64,000 bases of DNA, from assembly GCA_021811585.1 (NCBI GenBank), contig JAJZOG010000014.1, positions 2,577 through 66,576 of the forward strand, written 5' to 3'. This document shows positions 18,666-27,528 of this stretch, piece by piece. Both the position numbers and the translations under genes were made by a program. Every line of letters begins with the position of its first letter. Within the stretch, counting starts at the first letter, position 1. The DNA comes from a bacterium (lineage in GTDB: Bacteria > Patescibacteriota > Doudnabacteria > UBA920 > VMFF01). A model generated the notes under the pieces. The model did no database searches. It worked only from the letters and a program-made list of their open reading frames with translations, and had not been told where the DNA came from.

Positions 18666-19773
18666 ATGCACGAACTGCTAAAAAAGATAAAAAATTTAAT
18701 GATAGACGTTTCCGGCCTAAAGGAGCGTCTTTGAGCTTGCTGCAAAGAAAGAAAAATTAGCGCGCCTTGAGCGCGAAATGCAGGCGCCGGATTTCTGGAG
18801 CGATCAAAACGCGGCGCGGCAAAAATCCGAGGAGCATAATAATTTAAAGTCAATCGTGGATTTTTGGGATGGGCTTCAAAAGGAAATTGAAGAGCTTTTT
18901 GAAATCGCATCCCAAGCGGAAAAAGGCGCCAAAACCGGAGCTGTGTCCGGTTCTGATTTGGATTTTTTGGAGAATGCTTACAAGGCGCTTGAAAAAAAAT
19001 ATCTGGACGCGAGAATCCAGGCGTTTTTTTCCGGAAAATACGACGACCATAGCGCAATTTTGTCAGTACACGCCGGCGCCGGTGGAAGCGATGCCCAGGA
19101 CTGGGCGGAGATGCTCCTGCGCATGTACACGCGTTTTGCGGAAAGAAAAAATTTCAAAACAGAAATACTTGAAATTTCACGCGGCGCCGAAGCGGGGATA
19201 AAGAGCGCGGTAATGGAGATCCGCGGCCCAAATGCTTACGGCTATCTGAAAAGCGAAGCAGGCGTGCACCGCCTTGTCCGGCTTTCTGAATTTAACCCTG
19301 CGCATACGCGCGAAACGTCTTTTGCTCTTGTGGAGGTTTTGCCGATTTTGCATCAAGAAGAAGAGCTCAAACTTAATCCCCAGGATTTGAAAATTGAAAC
19401 ATCCACCGCATCGGGCCATGGCGGCCAAAGCGTGAATACTACGTATTCCGCGGTTCGCATCACGCACATACCCACAGGCATAAAGGTCTCAATACAAAAC
19501 GAGCGCAGCCAGCACCAGAACCGCGAGAAAGCCATGGAAATTTTGCACGCCAAATTACTCGCGCTTGAAGAGATAAGAAAACAAAAAGAAAAACAGGAAA
19601 TTCGCGGGGAATTCCACAGCCCGGAATGGGGCAACCAGATTCGCAGTTATGTTTTGCATCCGTACAAAATGGTAAAAGATCACCGCTCGGGATTCGAGAC
19701 AAGCGATCCGGAAAACGTTTTGAACGGCAATCTCGACGATTTTATTGAAAATTATTTGGAAAACAGAATATAA
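18666..19773 (+). CDS. prfB: Peptide chain release factor 2, programmed +1 frameshift at 18729-18734
   Basis: ATG 18666 is in frame with AGGAG-CGT-CTT-TGA; the +1 frame gives ELAAKKEKL...PDFW, AQDWAEML, GGQ, WGNQIRSYV. Confidence 0.93.
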
Positions 19774-19813
19774 TCTTCCAACATCTGTCTTCTTGTGTTA
19801 TACTCAAATAGCC

Positions 19814-20506
19814 ATGATTCGATTCGAAAACGTTACGAAAATTTACGGAAACAAAAAGGCGCTGGATCGCGTGAATTTGGAGATTAACCACGGTGAATTT
19901 ATTTCTCTTGTCGGACAATCAGGAGCCGGGAAATCAACCTTGCTCAAGCTTATTTTTGGCGAGGAAAAATTGGATGGCGGCAGAATTTTGATCGATGATG
20001 TGGATATCGCAACCATTTCCGAAGGCGATATTCCTTTTTTGCGCCGCAAAATCGGAGTCGTTTTCCAGGATATGCGCCTTTTGCAGCGCAAAACCGCTTT
20101 TGAGAACGTTGCGTTTGCAATGGAAGTCGCGGGATATATGCGCGAAAAAATAGAAAAAGACGTGCCTAGGATTTTGGAAATCGTCGGCATTCTGGACCAG
20201 ATGCACAGTTTCCCGCATGAAATGTCAGGAGGGGAAAAACAGCGGGTGGCAATCGCACGCGCGCTCGCGCATAAGCCCATTCTTCTTTTGGCAGACGAGC
20301 CCACAGGCAATTTGGATGAAATTAACGGCTATGAAATTTTGGATTTGCTGCAAAAAATAAATAATCTTGGCACAACTGTTATTTTGGCGACCCATGCCCG
20401 GGATTTGGTCAATAAAATTCGCAAGCGCGTTGTGACAATGGAAAAGGGCAAAATTGTTTTGGAGCAGGAAAAAGGCCGCTATCAGCTTGTGCCGGATTCG
20501 ATTTAA
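19814..20506 (+). CDS. ftsE: Cell division ATP-binding protein FtsE
   Basis: GQSGAGKST, LRRKIGVVFQD, SGGEKQRVAIARA, ADEPTGNLD; precedes ftsX. Confidence 0.92.
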   Translation: MIRFENVTKIYGNKKALDRVNLEINHGEFISLVGQSGAGKSTLLKLIFGEEKLDGGRILIDDVDIATISEGDIPFLRRKIGVVFQDMRLLQRKTAFENVAFAMEVAGYMREKIEKDVPRILEIVGILDQMHSFPHEMSGGEKQRVAIARALAHKPILLLADEPTGNLDEINGYEILDLLQKINNLGTTVILATHARDLVNKIRKRVVTMEKGKIVLEQEKGRYQLVPDSI

Positions 20507-20534
20507 ATTTTCAAGGCAATTTTTTGAAAATAAT

Positions 20535-21449
20535 ATGGAATCAATCACACTCATCAGAATAATAAAAACCAGCTGGACCAATTTTTGGAGAAATATCCTG
20601 CTTTCAACAGCAGCGACTTTGGTTATGGCCACAACGCTCACCATTCTGACAGTAACTTTCCTGATATACAGCTTAACAAACGTTACGGCGCACAGCATTC
20701 AACAGAAAGTCGATGTTAGCGCATACATGAAAAGCCAGGTTTCCGAGACCCAGATTTTGGCGGTAAAAGATGAAATTTCAAACATACCGAATGTTGAGGA
20801 AGTGCAATATATTTCAGCTGCCCAGGCACTGCAGAATTTTAAACAAAAACACGCCCAAGACCAACTTATCCAAGAATCGCTTTCAGAGCTGGATTCCAAT
20901 CCTTTGCCGGCAACTTTGGATATAAAGGCGAAAAACCTGAGTGATTATCCTGCCATTGCGCAGGCGTTAAGCGACCCGAAATATCAGCAATATATTGCCA
21001 GCGTCAATTTTGAAGATAATAGGCCTGTTATCGAAAAGCTTTCCAAGATTTTAAGGATAACCAGGGAAGCCGGGATTGCCCTTGCCATTGTTTTCGGGCT
21101 GATTGCGGTGCTTGTAATTTTTAATACCATCCGCCTGACAATTTATAATCGCAAAGAAGAAGTGGAAATTATGAAGCTGGTTGGCGCGACGAATTGGTAC
21201 ATCCGTTGGCCGTTCATAATTGAAAGCGTATTTTACGGAATTACTGCCAGCGTCATTACGCTTTTGCTCATGATTCCAGTGTTTCAGTATGCTTTGCCGA
21301 AAGTCGGCGGATACCTTGGAATTTCCGGAAGCGCGCAAAGCATTTTGCCTTTTGGAATAGGGCTCCTTTTTGTTTGGCAATTGGCAATCGCCCTGATTCT
21401 GGGGATTTTTTCGAGCTTGTTTGCCATACGAAAGTATTTGAAGGTTTAA
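20535..21449 (+). CDS. ftsX: Cell division permease FtsX
   Basis: NPLPATL, FNTIRLTIYNRKEEVEIMKLVGATNWYIRWPFIIE. Confidence 0.93.
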   Translation: MESITLIRIIKTSWTNFWRNILLSTAATLVMATTLTILTVTFLIYSLTNVTAHSIQQKVDVSAYMKSQVSETQILAVKDEISNIPNVEEVQYISAAQALQNFKQKHAQDQLIQESLSELDSNPLPATLDIKAKNLSDYPAIAQALSDPKYQQYIASVNFEDNRPVIEKLSKILRITREAGIALAIVFGLIAVLVIFNTIRLTIYNRKEEVEIMKLVGATNWYIRWPFIIESVFYGITASVITLLLMIPVFQYALPKVGGYLGISGSAQSILPFGIGLLFVWQLAIALILGIFSSLFAIRKYLKV

Positions 21450-21502
21450 GCCGCGCGGAATTTGCAAAAAAGTGGGCGCTTGGTATATAATAGAAAAGAG
21501 CC

Positions 21503-21530
21503 AACCTCTCGTTTCGGGAGGTTTTATGTT
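21503..21530 (+). terminator. Possible intrinsic terminator after ftsX
   Basis: AACCTCTC-GTTTC-GGGAGGTT followed by TTATGTTT. Confidence 0.5.
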
Positions 21531-21648
21531 TAGTGATTGATAGTTAGTAGTTAATAGTTGATAGTTGATAGTTAATAGTTAGTAGAACTACCAACTACCA
21601 ACTACCAACTACCAACTACCAACTACCATTTACCGCCTACCAATTTAC
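21531..21648. repeat. Head-to-head heptamer arrays (TAGTTRR)6 then (CTACCAA)5+, a long imperfect palindrome before rplI
   Basis: 21541-21582 tagttag/tagttaa/tagttga units; 21588-21643 ctaccaa units. Confidence 0.9.
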
Positions 21649-22095
21649 ATGCGAATTATTTTTCTAAAAGATTGTCCCGGTCAGGGCAGAAAAGGCGAGG
21701 TCAAAGATATTAGCGACGGTTATGCTAAAAATTTTTTGATACCAAAAGGATTTGCAGTGCTCGCCACTCCTTCACTTGTTAGCAAACTGGAAAACGAAAA
21801 ACGCGCACAAGCGGAAAAAGAACGCAGAATTTTGGAAGAGCACGCGAAATTAAAGGATGAATTGGATAGGCGGACATTCACAATTGCCGTGAAAACAGGG
21901 GATAAGGATCAGATTTACGGTTCTGTCCACGAAAAAGACGTCTCAGCGGCAATAAAAGGGAAAACCGGTTATGAATTTGAAAAAAATCAGATTGTTCTTC
22001 CCGGGCACATAAAAGAACTCGGTGAATATACAATAGAAATCCGTCTCGCGGGGAATATTATTGCGCGCCCCAAAATAAAATTAATAAAAATTTAA
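21649..22095 (+). CDS. rplI: 50S ribosomal protein L9
   Basis: GRKGEVKDISDGYAKNFLIPKGFA, IYGSV, IKELGEY. Confidence 0.95.
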   Translation: MRIIFLKDCPGQGRKGEVKDISDGYAKNFLIPKGFAVLATPSLVSKLENEKRAQAEKERRILEEHAKLKDELDRRTFTIAVKTGDKDQIYGSVHEKDVSAAIKGKTGYEFEKNQIVLPGHIKELGEYTIEIRLAGNIIARPKIKLIKI

Positions 22096-22112
22096 TTATT
22101 TTCAGGAATTCA

Positions 22113-23852
22113 ATGGCAAAGAAAAAGTCAAAAAAAAAGGAACCAAGGCCACAGAAAGCAACAAAATTTATTTTTATTTCCGGAGGCGTGATTTCGGGAA
22201 TAGGCAAGGGGATTACATCTGCCTCCATTTCCGCGATTTTAAAATCAAAGGGTTTTACGGTTGCGCCTGTTAAAATTGATATGTATTTGAATCAAGATGC
22301 AGGAACCATACGCCCGCAGGAGCACGGCGAGGTTTTTGTTACGGACGATGGCATTGAAACCGATCAGGATCTCGGCCATTATGAGCGTTTTACCGGTGAA
22401 AATTTAAGCCGCGCCAATTACATCACCACCGGCCAAATTTACGCCGAGGTTTTGCGCAAAGAACGCGCTTTCGAATATGACGGAGAAGATGTTGAAGCCA
22501 TTCCCCACGTAACCAATGAAATCCTCAGGCGCATAACGCTGGCAGGCAGAAAAGCGGATATTGCCATTGTGGAACTTGGCGGCACTGTTGGCGAATACCA
22601 GAATGCGATTTTTTTTGAGGCCAGCAGAATTCTAAAATTGCGGCATCCCGGAGATGTTTTGCATGTGCACGTTGCTTATTTGCCCATACCGTCGTACCTT
22701 GGCGAAATGAAATCAAAGCCGGTTCAGCAATCAGTGCGCATGCTCAATTCCATGGGCATTGAGCCGGATATTATTGTCGGACGTTCGGAAATTCCCATGG
22801 ACGACAAACGCAAGGAAAGAGTCGCGTTATTTTGCAACGTGGATAAAAAAGCCGTGCTTTCCAATCCCGATGTGCGCAGCATTTATGAAGTGCCTGTAAT
22901 TTTAAATCAGCAGAGTGCCGGGGAAATTATTTTGGAAAAATTGGGCTTGGAAAAGCGCAATAAAGATATGCACGAATGGAAAATCTTACTGCGCCAAATA
23001 AGCAATCCCAAACATGAAATCAAAATCGCGGTGGTTGGAAAATATTTCGGCACCGGAAATTTTGAGCTTGCCGATTCTTATGTCTCGGTTATTGAGGCGA
23101 TTAAGCATGCCGGCTGGGCATGTAAAGCAAATATAAAATTGTCTTGGGTGGACAGCTTGAAAGTAGAGGAGTCGGGCGCGAAAAAAGTTTTGAGCGGATA
23201 TGAGGGGATTATTGTGCCCGGCGGTTTTGGCAGCCGCGGCACCGAAGGCATGATAGCGGCAATCCGCTACGCGCGCGAAAATAACATTCCATATCTCGGG
23301 CTTTGCTATGGCATGCAAATGGCGGCCATAGAATTTGCCCGCAATGTTTTGAAAATGCGCGGCGCCAATACCACTGAAATTGATTTGAAGGCCAAATTCC
23401 CGATTGTCCACATTATGCCTGACCAGGAGAAAAAACTTCTCAGCCGCGATTATGGCGCTTCCATGCGCTTGGGCGCCTGGCAATGCGTTTTGAAAAAGGG
23501 GAGTTTGGCGGAAAAACTATACGGCACGAGGCGCATTTCGGAAAGGCACAGGCACCGCTATGAATTTAATAATAAATTTCGCGCTGTTTTTGAAAAAGCC
23601 GGGTTGGTGTTTTCAGGCGCTTCTCCTGACGGCAAATTGGCGGAGGTTTTGGAATTGCCGTCTCATCCGTTTTTCATGGGTTCGCAATTTCACCCCGAAT
23701 TTAAATCCCGCCCGTTTGCCCCGCATCCGCTGTTCAAAGGTTTTATAGGAGCGATCTTAAAATTGCGCAAGGAAAAAGAAAAACAAATGCAAACACAAGA
23801 GCAAAAAGCGGCTGAGGCGGAAACGATAAAGGTGGCAGCCCCGGCCAAATAA
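22113..23852 (+). CDS. pyrG: CTP synthase
   Basis: GGVISGIGKG, HGEVFVTDDG, PGGFGSRG, GLCYGMQ, ERHRHRYE, QFHPEF. Confidence 0.97.
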   Translation: MAKKKSKKKEPRPQKATKFIFISGGVISGIGKGITSASISAILKSKGFTVAPVKIDMYLNQDAGTIRPQEHGEVFVTDDGIETDQDLGHYERFTGENLSRANYITTGQIYAEVLRKERAFEYDGEDVEAIPHVTNEILRRITLAGRKADIAIVELGGTVGEYQNAIFFEASRILKLRHPGDVLHVHVAYLPIPSYLGEMKSKPVQQSVRMLNSMGIEPDIIVGRSEIPMDDKRKERVALFCNVDKKAVLSNPDVRSIYEVPVILNQQSAGEIILEKLGLEKRNKDMHEWKILLRQISNPKHEIKIAVVGKYFGTGNFELADSYVSVIEAIKHAGWACKANIKLSWVDSLKVEESGAKKVLSGYEGIIVPGGFGSRGTEGMIAAIRYARENNIPYLGLCYGMQMAAIEFARNVLKMRGANTTEIDLKAKFPIVHIMPDQEKKLLSRDYGASMRLGAWQCVLKKGSLAEKLYGTRRISERHRHRYEFNNKFRAVFEKAGLVFSGASPDGKLAEVLELPSHPFFMGSQFHPEFKSRPFAPHPLFKGFIGAILKLRKEKEKQMQTQEQKAAEAETIKVAAPAK

Positions 23853-23867
23853 ATTCATAGGAAAATT

Positions 23868-23901
23868 AAAGACCTTCCGATACTATTGGAAGGTCTTTTT
23901 T
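23868..23901. terminator. Bidirectional intrinsic terminator
   Basis: AAAGACCTTCC-GATACTATT-GGAAGGTCTTT followed by a T run. Confidence 0.85.
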
Positions 23902-23908
23902 GATTTAG

Positions 23909-24052
23909 TTATTTTTGCACGTATCCGATATATTTAATATTGCTCTGTTGGCATTCCCTGTCATCAACATGGCAGAGTTTGCCGTCTTGCGTTTCCGCGG
24001 CCCTCCGATCATAGATTGGCTGCCCGCAGGTGTCGCATATTGGCTGTTGCAT
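23909..24052 (-). CDS. Small Zn-finger-like protein, 47 aa (below the ORF-track cutoff)
   Basis: MQQPICDTCGQPIYDRRAAETQDGKLCHVDDRECQQSNIKYIGYVQK; AAGGAGG SD just upstream; own promoter. Confidence 0.75.
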   Translation of the reverse strand: MQQPICDTCGQPIYDRRAAETQDGKLCHVDDRECQQSNIKYIGYVQK

Positions 24053-24078
24053 GCAACCTCCTTTTGTTTTGAATTGGA

Positions 24079-24106
24079 ATTATATCATTAAATAAAAATT
24101 TGGCAA
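24079..24106 (-). promoter_or_regulatory. Promoter for the small Zn-finger gene
   Basis: Minus strand TTGCCA-16 nt-TATAAT with extended -10 TG. Confidence 0.65.
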
Positions 24107-24137
24107 AAAAACCCGCCCATTTCTGAGCGGTTTTTTA
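24105..24137 (-). terminator. Intrinsic terminator after rpmA
   Basis: Minus strand CCGCTCA-GAAA-TGGGCGG followed by GTTTTTTT. Confidence 0.75.
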
Positions 24138-24146
24138 TTGCGAGTT

Positions 24147-24425
24147 TTATTTTTCCAAGACGTTCACGATTCGCGTTTTGCGCAAATTTCCGTTGAAACG
24201 CCGGATTTTTTTTGTGCTGAATTTTACAAAACCGTTTGCGGTTGCGTAAAGGGTGCTGTCTGACCCTGCGCGCACGTTTACTCCCGGCCTGAATTTACTT
24301 CCGTGCTGGCGCACTATGATATTTCCTGTCTGCACTTTCTGTCCGCCGAAAAGTTTTACTCCAAGACGTTTGGAAACGCTGTCACGACCCAGCGAAGTCG
24401 ATCCGCCTGCTTTCTTATGTGCCAT
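24147..24425 (-). CDS. rpmA: 50S ribosomal protein L27
   Basis: [24 protein letters not shown]. Confidence 0.97.
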   Translation of the reverse strand: MAHKKAGGSTSLGRDSVSKRLGVKLFGGQKVQTGNIIVRQHGSKFRPGVNVRAGSDSTLYATANGFVKFSTKKIRRFNGNLRKTRIVNVLEK

Positions 24426-24441
24426 AAGTGGTAATTAATGA

Positions 24442-25704
24442 TTAATTTTTTATTACGAATATTTCCCTTGCGACAATTTGATCTTTGCGATCATAAATTA
24501 TTGAATGCCTTTCGGTTTCTTTTATGAATGGCGCAATTTTGCGCACTGCTGTTGGGAAAAGATCTTCAATAGTGTAGCCCAAATTCGATATGAAGTCAAT
24601 CTGCGGAAACAAAATATATTCTCTAAAATTTTTCTTGTATGCCGGCATGGAAAATACGATTTTTGACCCTTTTTCAAGGATTTTCTTGAATTCCTCAAGT
24701 GCTTTGGCCCACATATGGCTTATTTGCTCAAAATTTGCGTTTATTTCGCTGATTTTAGGCAGTTCAGCGTACAATGGCCCCAAATACCCCTCGCTTACAA
24801 TAGAATCAATTTTTTTGCCTTTAAATGGCTCGGAAACTGCCTCAGCAGAGCTAAGTTCCAGGGCATATTTTCCGGGCGCGATTTTGTACCTATTTCTAAA
24901 CCATTCCAAATTCGCCTCAGCGCCCCTTATTGCTGTTTTGCTTATATCAGAACCCAGCGCTTTATAGCCAAGAAGAATCGCTTCTTGAAGAATGGTGCCT
25001 GCGCCGCAAAAAGGATCTAAAATGGTTTTGCCTTTGGGAAGTTCCGCAAGGTTAACCATTATTTGTGCAACTTTCGGCGGCAGCATGCCTTGCTTTTCGT
25101 CCCGCATCGGACGCTGATAATCACGCCTGCCATAGTCCTCAAAATCCTGGACGCAAAGTGTTTTGCCGACATATACGTGAATAGGGGAGGCAATGGCGCA
25201 AATAGATGCGCCTTTCTGTAAAATTTGGTTCTTGGTTATTGCAACCGAAGAAAGCGCCAGGGAATTAAATTCCGGAAAAACCGCGCGCAAACTGATCCCT
25301 TGGTTTTGCAGGCCTTTTTTTATGAACATGCCCAGGCGCCTGGGCTCCCCAAATGCCTGGATTTTTTTATCCAGAAGAAAAACGCTTATGCCAAACTGTT
25401 TTTTGCCGGAATAATCCTTGAAATAATCTTTTTTTAATTTGCTGGGAGTAAAATAGTTTTGAAGGGCAAAATTAATAGAGTCCTTTTCGCGCTTTTTTAT
25501 AACATCAATAATTTTGACAATTTGAATTGTGCCGCCAAGCTCTTTTTGCAGTTTTTCAAAATCAAGCGGCTGTTCGGTTTCGATTATTACCGCTTCTTCA
25601 GATGCCTCCAGGATTTTAGAGGGGACGTTACCGCGCTTCAAAACCGCAACTATTTCAGCCAGCGACAGCGTGTAAACCCTCCCTAAAATTAATGCGTAAA
25701 TCAT
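24442..25704 (-). CDS. SAM-dependent methyltransferase, Trm11/TrmG10-like
   Basis: GMLPPKVAQIMVNLA, ILDPFCGAGTILQEA, GSDIS; N-terminal THUMP-like region is inferred. Confidence 0.75.
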   Translation of the reverse strand: MIYALILGRVYTLSLAEIVAVLKRGNVPSKILEASEEAVIIETEQPLDFEKLQKELGGTIQIVKIIDVIKKREKDSINFALQNYFTPSKLKKDYFKDYSGKKQFGISVFLLDKKIQAFGEPRRLGMFIKKGLQNQGISLRAVFPEFNSLALSSVAITKNQILQKGASICAIASPIHVYVGKTLCVQDFEDYGRRDYQRPMRDEKQGMLPPKVAQIMVNLAELPKGKTILDPFCGAGTILQEAILLGYKALGSDISKTAIRGAEANLEWFRNRYKIAPGKYALELSSAEAVSEPFKGKKIDSIVSEGYLGPLYAELPKISEINANFEQISHMWAKALEEFKKILEKGSKIVFSMPAYKKNFREYILFPQIDFISNLGYTIEDLFPTAVRKIAPFIKETERHSIIYDRKDQIVAREIFVIKN

Positions 25705-25738
25705 CCTATTAGTTTTTAACCATTAACTATAAAAAAAT

Positions 25739-26149
25739 ATGGGTTTCAATGAGAAATTTGTTCAAAATAAAAACAAGATAATTGCTGGCTTACTAATGGT
25801 GGCAATATTTTGCTTCGGCTTGTTTATCGGGCTTGCACAATCGCGCGCAACACAAAATAATTCTACTACTTCCCAGGCGCCTAAGCAACACTTGGCGGCT
25901 CCTGGTTTGGAAAAGGGGATTGCCGGGGTTTGTGCGGTAAAAGGAAAATTTCGCAAGCGCGGTGGCAAAAAAATTTATTATGTGCAGGCAGACAGTCCTT
26001 TTAAGCGTTTAAAGGGTGCTACCTGTTTTAAGGATGAGCAAAGCGCGAGGGCTGCCGGATATGAAAAATACCAGCGCGGAAGCAGACCTTCGAATGCGGA
26101 TAATACAAGTACTGATAATACAAGCAATGGGGGCGGCGCGGGCATTTAA
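25739..26149 (+). CDS. Membrane-anchored hypothetical protein with a small Ada/sunset-like C-terminal domain
   Basis: N-terminal TM; C-x-VKG...KIYY...CFKDEQSARAAGY. Confidence 0.65.
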   Translation: MGFNEKFVQNKNKIIAGLLMVAIFCFGLFIGLAQSRATQNNSTTSQAPKQHLAAPGLEKGIAGVCAVKGKFRKRGGKKIYYVQADSPFKRLKGATCFKDEQSARAAGYEKYQRGSRPSNADNTSTDNTSNGGGAGI

Positions 26150-26196
26150 AATCCTAACCGAGCAACGAATCAGCAAAAATATGGTAAAATTATGAT

Positions 26197-27438
26197 ATGT
26201 TTGAGACAAAGAAAATAAGAAAAACCGTTTATTTGGATTATGCGGCAACCACCTACGTTGATCCGAAAGTCGTTTCGGCCATGCAGCCGTATTTTTCCAA
26301 GGAATTTGGAAACCCATCCAGCTTATATGCCCTTGGCAGGAATGGGAAGCAAGCTGTTGGCGATTCCAGAGAAAAAATCGCGCGCATTTTGAATTGCCGG
26401 CCCGGTGAAATTATTTTTACCGCCGGCGGTACGGAATCCGTGAACATGGCGATTTTTGGCGCTGTAAATTATTCTTATCGGCAAAAGGGAGCGGCGCCGC
26501 ACATAATTACAAATAAAGCGGAACATCATGCGGTGTTGAGAAGTTTTGAGGAATTGGAGCGCCGCGGCGTTTCTTGCACTTATCTGGACGTGGATGGCGA
26601 GGGGTTTGTTGCTCCTGAAAAAATCATCGCTGCGATCCGCCCGGAAACAGTATTAGTGAGTGTAATGTATGCAAACAACGAGATCGGTACAATACAGCTG
26701 ATTGCGGAAATATCAAAACAGATCCAAAAAACAAACAAAGAGCGCGAGATTCGGGGGATGCCGCGAATTTTATTTCATAGCGACGCTTGCCAGGCGGCAG
26801 GATGTTTGGATCTTAATGTTCAAAAATTAGGCGTGGATTTTCTCAGTTTAAATGCCAGTAAAATTTACGGGCCCAAACAAATGGGGTTGCTTTATAAAAA
26901 ATCCGGAGCCAGTGTTGCACCTTTAATTTTTGGCGGGGGACAGGAAAGCGGTTTGCGTTCGGGAACTGAAAATGTTGCGGGTATCGTGGGTTTTGCCAGG
27001 GCTTTGGAGATTGCGGCTGAAATGAAAATTAAGGCAAATAAGCGGGAAAGGAATTTGCGCAATTATTTTATTGAGAAAGCATTAAATACCGTTGATGGGC
27101 TTGCGCTAAATGGCCCTGATATTAAAATCGACAGTGAAACCTCTCAGCGTCGTTTGCCGAACAATATAAATTTGTCTGTGGATGGCGTTGAGGGAGAAGC
27201 TTTGATGCTTTATTTGGACGCTTTTAATGTTTCGGTTTCAACCGGTTCGGCTTGTAGTACAGCGGAAGCTGATCCCTCGCACGTGCTTATGGCAATTGGA
27301 AAAACCAGGGAGCAGGCAGCTTCAAGTATTAGGATTACTTTAGGCAGAAAGACAAGCAAAAGGGATTTGAATTATGTGCTCAAAGTGATTCCGGAATTGG
27401 TTCAGGTTTTACGGCAAACTTCAAAAGCACTAAGCTAA
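26197..27438 (+). CDS. iscS: Cysteine desulfurase (IscS/NifS family)
   Basis: YLDYAATT, FGNPSS, NNEIGT, HSDACQ, ASKIYGPK, RSGTENV, STGSACS. Confidence 0.9.
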   Translation: MFETKKIRKTVYLDYAATTYVDPKVVSAMQPYFSKEFGNPSSLYALGRNGKQAVGDSREKIARILNCRPGEIIFTAGGTESVNMAIFGAVNYSYRQKGAAPHIITNKAEHHAVLRSFEELERRGVSCTYLDVDGEGFVAPEKIIAAIRPETVLVSVMYANNEIGTIQLIAEISKQIQKTNKEREIRGMPRILFHSDACQAAGCLDLNVQKLGVDFLSLNASKIYGPKQMGLLYKKSGASVAPLIFGGGQESGLRSGTENVAGIVGFARALEIAAEMKIKANKRERNLRNYFIEKALNTVDGLALNGPDIKIDSETSQRRLPNNINLSVDGVEGEALMLYLDAFNVSVSTGSACSTAEADPSHVLMAIGKTREQAASSIRITLGRKTSKRDLNYVLKVIPELVQVLRQTSKALS

Positions 27439-27528
27439 TCTATTCGTATCATAAAATAAAATCTGAATCACAAAAACTGAAAGTGCCAAAAAGTGCTAAA
27501 ATGAATTTGGAGGGAGAAAAATAGAATT

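Noticed and set aside
13865-19773. UGA recoding (code 25, as in Gracilibacteria/Absconditabacteria)
   Set aside because: prfB is present with its UGA-sensing site, dcd and fmt end in TGA, and long genes have no in-frame TGA
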